A stretch of 39,690 bases of DNA from an uncultured Roseburia sp. (GTDB lineage: Bacteria > Bacillota > Clostridia > Lachnospirales > Lachnospiraceae), in the NCBI GenBank assembly GCA_947057405.1, contig CAMSEJ010000001.1:1-39690 (forward strand). The letters run 5' to 3'. The notes under the pieces are model-generated. The model saw nothing but the letters and a program-made list of their open reading frames with translations. It had not been told where the DNA came from and did not search any database. Shown piece by piece: positions 1 through 7,900 of this stretch. Position numbers and translations under genes: made by a program. The stretch's first letter is position 1, and each line of letters begins with the position of its first letter.

Positions 1-1005
1 GCCGGGATCCGCCATAAATTCCATTTCGAATCCGCCGGTATCCGTCACCTTATACCGGTTGCCGTCCTTGGAAATCGTTGCCTGCGGGCCGAACCCGGAA
101 GCCAGATCCAGTTCTACATCCGCATCCTCGCCCGGTGTAATGACTGCGCCGTCCAGCCCCAAAAAGCCGGCCAGTTCGTTGCTGCTGCAGGAAATTTCTA
201 TCGCAGAGGAATAACCGTACTGATTGGATACGAAGGCTACGGAATCGCCCGGTTCAAATGCGCGGTCTAACGGCTCATAGCCCCCGGTTGACGGAAATGC
301 TTCGTAATCCTGGTTCGCAGCGGCATCCACTACCATTAAGCTCACATCCGCCAGCTCCGCGCCCTGGCGCAGCTTTTCAAACAGGCTTGCCGCCTCTTCG
401 CCTTCGGATATGGTAATTTCCACGCCGTTGATCGAAACCGAACCTGCCGGGGAGGTTCCGGTGCTGATGGCTGTCATCGCCGCCGACTGGGTCGCCGCGG
501 AGTTGATGGTCATTTTATAGGTATCTGTCCGCACGGCATCCGAAATCGCCATCCTGGTGACGCCGTCCGCGTATACGCGGGTATCGGATGTACCGTCTAA
601 TAATTTCTTCGTATTGTATTCCGTGTCCCTGGAAATACGGTCCACTTCTTCCCGCAGGGAATTGATCTCCTGCTGAATGGCCTGCCGGTCTTCGAGCTTG
701 TTGGTATCCGTTGCCGCCTGCACGGATAATTCACGCATCCGCTGCAGCATATTGGTAATCTCACCCAGTGCGGAATCCGCAATCTGCAGAACGCTCACTC
801 CGTTTGACGCATTGTCGCTCGCTTTACTGAGTCCGTCAATCTGCGCCTGCATTTTGTTGCTGATTGCCATGCCGGCCGGATCGTCCTTTGCATGGTTGAT
901 TTTCAGTCCCGAGGAGAGCCGTTCCACGGAAGCGGCAAGGCCGTTCTCTGTTCGCAGTAGCTGTGCATTTGAAATGACTGCCGCCATATTGTGATTAATT
1001 TTCAT
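1..1005 (-). CDS. fliC: Flagellin, N-terminal part (3' end lies outside the window)
   Basis: Manual translation from ATG at 1005: MKINHNMAAVISNAQLLRTENGLAASVERLSSGLKINHAKDDPAGMAISNKMQAQIDGL...LQRMRELSVQAATDTN...DRQAIQQEI...EYNTKKLLDG, a classic flagellin D0/D1 N-terminus. SD AAAGGGA upstream; frame open to the window edge; absent from the ORF track. Confidence 0.96.
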   Translation of the reverse strand, partial: MKINHNMAAVISNAQLLRTENGLAASVERLSSGLKINHAKDDPAGMAISNKMQAQIDGLSKASDNASNGVSVLQIADSALGEITNMLQRMRELSVQAATDTNKLEDRQAIQQEINSLREEVDRISRDTEYNTKKLLDGTSDTRVYADGVTRMAISDAVRTDTYKMTINSAATQSAAMTAISTGTSPAGSVSINGVEITISEGEEAASLFEKLRQGAELADVSLMVVDAAANQDYEAFPSTGGYEPLDRAFEPGDSVAFVSNQYGYSSAIEISCSSNELAGFLGLDGAVITPGEDADVELDLASGFGPQATISKDGNRYKVTDTGGFEMEFMADPG

Positions 1006-1010
1006 ATTCG

Positions 1011-1061
1011 ATCCCTTTCTATTCTTCTTGCGCGTCCGTGCTGTGCTGCTACATCCCTGTA
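1011..1061 (-). promoter_or_regulatory. Putative CsrA-binding sites in the flagellin 5' UTR
   Basis: Minus strand has the hairpin TACA-GGGA-TGTA (1061-1050), GCACGGACGCG (1041-1031) and AGGGA in the SD. This resembles the CsrA consensus ACARGGAUGU and the B. subtilis hag leader. Confidence 0.7.
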
Positions 1062-1084
1062 ATCGTTTTTGTTTTCTGCCGTTT

Positions 1085-1111
1085 ATATCGGTTTAAAATT
1101 CCAGTTCCTTA
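1085..1111 (-). promoter_or_regulatory. Sigma-D (FliA/sigma-28)-like promoter of flagellin
   Basis: TAAG-N15-ACCGATAT versus consensus TAAA-N15-GCCGATAT; overlaps the end of the upstream gene. Confidence 0.7.
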
Positions 1112-4100
1112 ACGTTTTCAATGAAGCTCCTGGCGATTTTGTATAGCCTTGCGGTCTGTACCTGATAGGTTTCGCTTTCCGTATCCTCCTGCTGCTGCGG
1201 CTTATTCAGGTTATTGGAAAAACGGGAGAAATTAAGGCTGTCAACCTGTGTTACCTGCAGGTCGGCTTCCCCCTCCCCAAAGCCCTTTGCAAGCTCTTTG
1301 GCATACTCCTCAAACAACTGTTGCGTTCCCTTATGTTCTACTGCGACAAGCCCGGATACGCCCCGTTCCTTGGCCTCAATGCAGGCGGCGATTTTACCCG
1401 CCTTTGCCGTTTCAAACATAATTTCTACCATGCCTTTTTTCTTTGTCCCGCGGACAATTTTTAAGGACAGGTTCGTTACCTCGTCCCCGACAAGCACCGG
1501 GATGGTATACTGCTCTTCTCTGGCAAGGCGCCCGGCGATGGAAAGCTGGGCATTCATCAGCTTTAACTCCCGGATATCCATGCTGGAAATATGCTCATCC
1601 TCCGAAATCATCGTCTTCATGACATTTTCCGCCGTTTCCGCAAGCGATTCCTGCGCCGCCGCCATTTCCTTCGGCGTCTTTAAAGCTTCCGCAAACCTGC
1701 CCAGAATCTCCTCCCGGATAGCCGCAAAATCGACTTTTTCCCCGGAAAATACTTCGTCGCTGTTAAACATCCGGGAAAATATCTGGCTTTTCCTTCCCAT
1801 GAAGCGGTTCGCTGCCAGAATATTGCTGACCGTATCCGGAATCTCAAAACGGGATAAAAACCGGTAGACCTCTTCATCCGCAGATGCCGCCTGTTTTAAT
1901 TCCTCCAGCTGTTCTTTGGCATACGCGTTATCAAGCGGCTCCGACTGGCCGGCGGTTTCCCTAGCGTACTCTTCAAGCGCCTGCTTCAGCTGCTCCGGCG
2001 TATACTGCTCCCAGTCCGGATTATCCAAAAGCTTCTGCATGGTAACCGGCGTCAGCGTTTCCATCGCATCTTTCATACAGCCCGCCTGATATGCCGTTTC
2101 AATCTGGTCCGTAATGGATTTCGTTTCGGAATCCGCCCTGTCAACGCCCGCAAACTCATCATCCACCGTATAATCCATACCGCTTTTTTTCGCGCTGCGC
2201 ACCGCGGTCAGCAGGTTTCGCATGGTAAATTCCGCACCCTGGCTGACCAGTGCGCCGATCACTGCCCCGTCTGATTTTTCAATCTGGTTCATTAAACGAT
2301 AGACGCCGATAAAGGATTCCCGCTCTTCTTTGGAAATGCCCTGGCTGTGCTCTAACTTCCAAAGATATTCACTGAACCGTTCCGTGTCCTGTCCCTGGTG
2401 TTCGGCACGGATTGCTTCGGCTTTGCGGTTCAGCTCATCCAGATTCAGATCCAGCGGATTTTCGCCCTGCCGTATAAATTCCCGCACCGTAGCCGGGGTC
2501 AGATTGGCAAAGGTACGCTGTACGCGTTCATCCGCCGCTTTCATTGCCAGCACGGATTCTTTTGTAATTTCCAGACTGTTATATCCTAAAATCCGCACCG
2601 CACGCTGGTTTGCTTCGGTCGCCTCCATACCAAGGTCATTTAGAATGTCTCCGACATTTGAAAATGCCTTCTGAATCGAATCCCCCAGATCGCGCCGCGG
2701 AGCCGTCATCAGCGGTTCGTAGCGTTCTCCCGCACGCTCAAAATCCTTCTGCATCGCAGTACCCGCTTCATGCAGGGCGTTGACGGTATCCAGGTTCACC
2801 TTCTGCATTCCCAGCACATACGCCGGCATCTGTTTTAAGTCGGAAACCTTTTGTGCGGTTTCCTGAAACAGCTTTGTCATAGACGCGTCTGCGGCCGCGC
2901 CCTTTTCCTTTAACAGGGCGGCATAATAATCCTGCTCCTGCTGCTTGAGCCGCTCCACCAGAGCCTCCAGCGGTTTCGTATCAATGGAAATTCCCTGTTT
3001 CAGCAGCGCGCGGTTTGCTTCCGTTGTCATTGCAAGACGCGTTTCTTCCAGTACACGTTTCGCCGTCAAAAAGGAAATCGCCGTGCCGTTCTGCGCTTGT
3101 GCACCGGATATGCCGGAAGCTGCCGTGCCCGTACCCGCATCCTGCACCCCGGATATACCGGATGCCGCCGTACCCTGTACTCCGGATATGCCGTGAGCTT
3201 CCCCTGCTCCTGCGGCCACCCCGGAACCGCCTGCATCCGCACCCTGCACACCGGGTATGCCGGAACCGTCCGTTCCAGCCTCGTGCGCACCGGACATGCC
3301 GGAAACGCCTGCCTGCTGCTCGCCGGACGCCCCGGAACTGCCTGCCTGCTGCGTGCCGGACAAACCGGAAACGCCCGCTTCCTGCGCGCCGGACATGCCG
3401 GGCACGCCTGCCCCGATTCCCTGTGCACCGGACATGCCGGGCACGCCTGCTGCTGTCGGCACATTTACACCGGACAAACCGCGCCCTGCTGTCCCTGCGC
3501 CGCCTACACCGGGCACGCCAAAGGCTGCGCTTTGCGCCGCCAAAGCTTCCCCGGATTTGATCACCGCCTGCGCCGCGGCAAGATCCATCTTCCCCTCTTT
3601 ACGAAGCTGCGCCGCCCGTTCCAGGTTTTCTACGGTAAGCTCCTGGTTGTTTGCCACCAGGTAAGCAAGATCTTCATCCGTCGCCTCCGTAACAACCCAA
3701 ACCGCATGCTCCGCCTGTGCCGTCGCCGAATACTCCGGCAAAAGCATCGCATCTGTCGGACGTCCGCCCTCTGCGATCGCCGTGGCAATTGCAGACGCAA
3801 TCTCTTTCCCATCCGCAAAAGGCTGCATCCCGGAAAGCTTCTGCACATATGTAAACTGCTCCACGGTAAAAGAAATGCCGTTTTGAATCATCCACACACC
3901 GTCCGAAACCGTCCGTTCATTTACCTCGCTGCCGGCCGCCGCAATCACCCGTTCTATCTGCCCGCGCAGCGCATCGGCATCCACCGGACTTTCTTCTTTG
4001 CCCGGCGCCGCGGCATTTACCGCCGACTGTGCCAGATACAGATTGGCAATCGTAGGCTGCAGGCAGTTGGAAAGCAGATACTTAATGGCGTCTTTAGAAA

Positions 4101-4656
4101 GCGGGGCAATCTCTTCTGCCTGCCGGTATGCCTTAAGCCCTTCCGACAGATTTTCCTCCGTCTCCGGCAAATCTGCGGCTTCAAAACACCGAACCAGTTC
4201 ATTGACCGCCGTCACACTGCCTCCGATTGCCTCTAACTGCTCCTTCGTCGGCGCGCTGCCCATAGCGGAAACATCCACGCCCGCCTTTGCAAGCTGTACC
4301 TTAATCTTGTCAATTGCCGTTACTAAGGTATCCACATCCGAATCGTGTACCGAAAACCCTTCCTCCTGCGCACGCCGGTAATCCTCCGGTGTCATGGTAT
4401 TGGAAAGCACCGCCATCTGGTTCCTCTTATCCCGCACATCCATCTGGCTGCCCACTTTTTCCTCAAATTCCTCCAACGCGCTCCGGCCCGACACCTCCTC
4501 CCTGTCGTATCCCGTCTGTCCCACACGCGCCGACTTCCCGAGCGCGTCTGCTTTCGCGGCGGCTGTATGGGCAAAAGATACCGTCGCCTTTGCCTTTGCA
4601 AAGGGTTTTTCATTTTGTACTGCCTGATCAAACAAGGCGCTGTTTTCTATCTTCAT
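1093..4656 (-). CDS. Large flagellum-associated protein (DUF6240-like; often annotated FliK-like)
   Basis: Long ORF; likely start MKIENS at 4656 with SD AGGGGA (about 1187 aa). Directly upstream of and co-oriented with flagellin. Family assigned from recall of Lachnospiraceae flagellin neighbourhoods. Confidence 0.7.
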   Translation of the reverse strand: MKIENSALFDQAVQNEKPFAKAKATVSFAHTAAAKADALGKSARVGQTGYDREEVSGRSALEEFEEKVGSQMDVRDKRNQMAVLSNTMTPEDYRRAQEEGFSVHDSDVDTLVTAIDKIKVQLAKAGVDVSAMGSAPTKEQLEAIGGSVTAVNELVRCFEAADLPETEENLSEGLKAYRQAEEIAPLSKDAIKYLLSNCLQPTIANLYLAQSAVNAAAPGKEESPVDADALRGQIERVIAAAGSEVNERTVSDGVWMIQNGISFTVEQFTYVQKLSGMQPFADGKEIASAIATAIAEGGRPTDAMLLPEYSATAQAEHAVWVVTEATDEDLAYLVANNQELTVENLERAAQLRKEGKMDLAAAQAVIKSGEALAAQSAAFGVPGVGGAGTAGRGLSGVNVPTAAGVPGMSGAQGIGAGVPGMSGAQEAGVSGLSGTQQAGSSGASGEQQAGVSGMSGAHEAGTDGSGIPGVQGADAGGSGVAAGAGEAHGISGVQGTAASGISGVQDAGTGTAASGISGAQAQNGTAISFLTAKRVLEETRLAMTTEANRALLKQGISIDTKPLEALVERLKQQEQDYYAALLKEKGAAADASMTKLFQETAQKVSDLKQMPAYVLGMQKVNLDTVNALHEAGTAMQKDFERAGERYEPLMTAPRRDLGDSIQKAFSNVGDILNDLGMEATEANQRAVRILGYNSLEITKESVLAMKAADERVQRTFANLTPATVREFIRQGENPLDLNLDELNRKAEAIRAEHQGQDTERFSEYLWKLEHSQGISKEERESFIGVYRLMNQIEKSDGAVIGALVSQGAEFTMRNLLTAVRSAKKSGMDYTVDDEFAGVDRADSETKSITDQIETAYQAGCMKDAMETLTPVTMQKLLDNPDWEQYTPEQLKQALEEYARETAGQSEPLDNAYAKEQLEELKQAASADEEVYRFLSRFEIPDTVSNILAANRFMGRKSQIFSRMFNSDEVFSGEKVDFAAIREEILGRFAEALKTPKEMAAAQESLAETAENVMKTMISEDEHISSMDIRELKLMNAQLSIAGRLAREEQYTIPVLVGDEVTNLSLKIVRGTKKKGMVEIMFETAKAGKIAACIEAKERGVSGLVAVEHKGTQQLFEEYAKELAKGFGEGEADLQVTQVDSLNFSRFSNNLNKPQQQEDTESETYQVQTARLYKIARSFIENVKELEF
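3097..3519 (-). repeat. Gly/Ser/Ala-rich intragenic repeats, G(V/I)(P/S)G(M/V/A)(S/Q)GA
   Basis: Protein repeats GVPGMSGAQ, GVSGMSGAH and GISGVQ; identical DNA ccggacatgccgggcacgcctgc at 3389-3411 and 3428-3450. Confidence 0.85.
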
Positions 4657-4717
4657 GTTCATTCCCCTTAAAATTAATCTGTTGATTCGCTGCCTGTTAA
4701 AATTACACTTTTGTATT

Positions 4718-4744
4718 ATTTCGGTTAAAATCAAAAAAAATTAA
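4718..4744 (-). promoter_or_regulatory. Sigma-D-like promoter of the DUF6240-like gene
   Basis: TTAA-N15-ACCGAAAT about 60 bp upstream of the start; same architecture as the flagellin promoter. Confidence 0.55.
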
Positions 4745-4848
4745 GAGAAGGAAACCAAGTATCCCTGCGAATTTCGCACCAAAAGTTACGGCCTTTGGCG
4801 GACATGCCTCTGCCAAACCATCTCCGCAGCAAAATCCAAAAAGAATCC

Positions 4849-4877
4849 ATGACAAACCCCGCATCCTATGTTAAAAT
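4849..4877 (+). promoter_or_regulatory. Sigma-A-like promoter of the CotH-domain gene
   Basis: ATGACA-N17-TAAAAT with extended -10 TG. Confidence 0.6.
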
Positions 4878-4944
4878 AAATACAGCACACAACAACTGAT
4901 CCCGGAGCCTGTTTAAGCACGCTCCGGCAGAGAACGGAGGCCCT

Positions 4945-7900
4945 ATGAAACGAAAACGAAGAACCCAGACACTTGCAAAGGCCCTTAGCCTGATACTCAC
5001 ATTTGCCCTGCTTTTCACCGGAACCGGCATCACCCCGGCAGGCAGCGATTCCGTCAAAGCAGCCGGTATCATTTCCATTAAAGACGCAGCCGGCCTCGCC
5101 AAAATCGGCCGCGATCCCGGCTACCCGATGAACGGCGACTACCGTCTTGACGCAGACATCGACTTAAGCGGCACCGCCGGCTTTACGCCGATCGGCGGCG
5201 CGTCCGGACCGGAGTATGCGCTCGTAAGCGGCGACCGCGTATTTTCCGGCACGTTCGACGGCGCAGGCCACGTCATCGACGGGCTGACCATTCAATTTAA
5301 CGGCAGCGGCGAAAGCACGAATGCATCCGGCCTGTTCGCCATGATCGGCAGCGATTCGCCTTCCGATTACGCCGAAGTCAAAAACGTAAACTTCACCAAT
5401 GTTTCCATTACGCATACCCTCGGGCGCGGCGATACCGCCGGCACATTGGCCGGAGATGTCAACGGCTATGCCAGAATCAGCAACATTGCCGTTTTAAGCG
5501 GAAGCATCCGGATCAAAAACACAAGCGGCGGGGATCTGATCGGCGTCGGCGGCATTGTCGGTCAGACACGTACCAACAGCAGCGCCGTACAAATGTCTCA
5601 TTTGTATAACGCTGCCTCCGTCACCGTGGAATCCGATCTGTCGGTCCCATGGGAGCGCTGCGGCGGCATCATCGGCCGAATCCACCAGCAGGGTACCATC
5701 GGTTCGCTGTCCTCCTGCGTCAACATCGGCACGGTGACCTTCGGCGGGAAAAACGGCTATGCGATCAACGGCTACAGCACTTCCCAGGACGCGGCGGCAA
5801 ATACCGCAAATATCTCCAACTGCTACTATATAAAGGACAACGGAAAGGATTTCGGCGCATCCAAAGGTGTTTCCGAGGAACAGCTTTCCAGCCAGGCTAC
5901 CGTAAAAGCGCTGGGCGAAGACTACTGGATGCTTTCCAACGGCAGGCTGATGCCGATCATCAGCGAAGGAAAGGTCGTTGCGCCCATACCTTCGCCGCAG
6001 TTTGCACCGGGTGATTCGGCTTCTTCCGTCACGAAAAGCTTTACGCTCCCGCTTTCCTTTTTATCGGAACAGGGCGAAGAATCCATTTCCTGGACCAGCG
6101 CAGACACCGGCGTAATTTCCATTAACGGCCAGACCGGAGAGGCTTTTGTCGCGGATGTCCTTGCCGACACCGACGTCACACTGACTGCCGTCACCTCCGT
6201 TTCCAAACGGACCAAATCCGTGACCGTAACCGTGCGTTCCAGGCTTAAGCTTTCCATCGACCGGGAATACGCCAAACCGGGCACTGCAATAACCGCATCG
6301 GTCGAAAACGCCCCGGACGGCTCTAAGTTTTCCTACTCCTGGAAGTCCGGCAGCACAACCGTAAGCAGTACCGCAACCTACACGCCGAACGCGTCGGATT
6401 TGAACCGGTTTCTGACGGTAAAGGCATCTTTAAACGGCGCCGCGGTAGGCGAGCTGAAAATATACTGCAGCAAGCTTCCGGTCGTCTATATAGATACGGC
6501 AGACGGACACGGCATTACCAGCAAAACCGATTATAAAGACGCAACGATGCGCGTCCAGGGCAACGATACATTCAACAGCTCGACCACCACGCTCTACGAC
6601 GGCAAGACCGAAATCCGCGGGCGCGGCAACAGTACCTGGAATACCGGTTTTAACAAGCTTCCCTATAAGCTTAAGCTTGACAGCAAAACCGATCTGTTCG
6701 GCTTTGGCAGCAGCAAGCACTGGGCTCTTCTGGCCAATTATATGGACGAATCCCTGATCCGCAATACGACCTCTTATGATCTGGCGGGCAAAATGGGAAT
6801 CGCGCCTCATTTAAAATCCACACACGTCGATCTGATTTTAAACGGCGTCTATGCCGGGAATTACCAGCTGGTCGGCAATGTCCGGATTGATACGGGCAGG
6901 GTTGAAATCTTTGACTGGGAAGACCTCCCCGGAGATGTCGCCAAAGCCATCGGCAAAAAAGAAGGTATTACAGGCGACGCGCGCGACGATCTGGAAGACT
7001 ATTTAAACGAACACATGCAGTGGATTACCAGCGGCACCATAACCTACCAAAATAACACCTACCGCGTTTCGGATTATTTTACGGATTTTCCCGAAAACCC
7101 GGACGGCAGCCTGAACGTATCCGGCGGATTTCTGTTTGAGCTGGACGAATATTTTGACGAGGCTTCCAAATTCCGCACCGAAAAAGGTCTCCCCATCATG
7201 TTTAAAAGCCCGGAGTTTATCCAGACCAACAATACGCTGTTTGAGTCTGCGCAAAACTTCATCCAGGCAGTGGAACACAGCGTATGGGCTCCTGATTTTT
7301 ATACGGTTTATGACGGAGCACGGCAGCATTATACGGATCTGGTAGATCTTGACTCTCTGGTCAGCTATCTGATCATTAACGAATTCTACTGGAACACCGA
7401 AACCATGAAGAAAAGTACCTTCATGTATAAGGATTTAGACAGCAAGCTGGTAATCGGCCCGCTCTGGGACATGGACTGGACCTCAAACAGCCGCGTCAGC
7501 CAGGGAGAAACCAACAAGCCCTATGAGTGGATGATCAAAGCCTGCGGAGCAGCGACAGATACGCAGCGGGTTTCCTGGTATCTTGCTTTGATCCGGGATC
7601 CCTACTTTGTCCAGCGAATGTACGAATGCTACACCGAAAACAGACAGAATTTTGAGGACATCGTAAAGAAAGGCGGCATTATCGATCAGGATATCGCCTA
7701 CTTAAAAGAATCCGGCGAAGCAAACTACAATGCCGGATATATGATGCACCGCTTCCCGTTTACAGAAGAAGCCGAACGCCTCAGAACCTTTTTGAACACC
7801 CGTCTGGGCTGGATGGATCAGCAGTTTACCTCTTTAGACAAGCTGCTCGGCTCCTTAGGCGCCTACAAAGCTTCCTCCCAGGTGCGCGTAACGGCCGATA

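Noticed and set aside
597-994. ORFs 677..994(+) and 597..782(-)
   Set aside because: Antisense or off-frame shadows of the flagellin gene.
2945-4236. Several long overlapping ORFs (e.g. 3097..4236 +, 379 aa)
   Set aside because: Artefacts of the GC-rich repeat region antisense to the real gene; no SD or protein-like motifs.
4657-4734. N-terminal extension of the 1213-aa ORF
   Set aside because: Overlaps the promoter; the SD supports the ATG at 4656.
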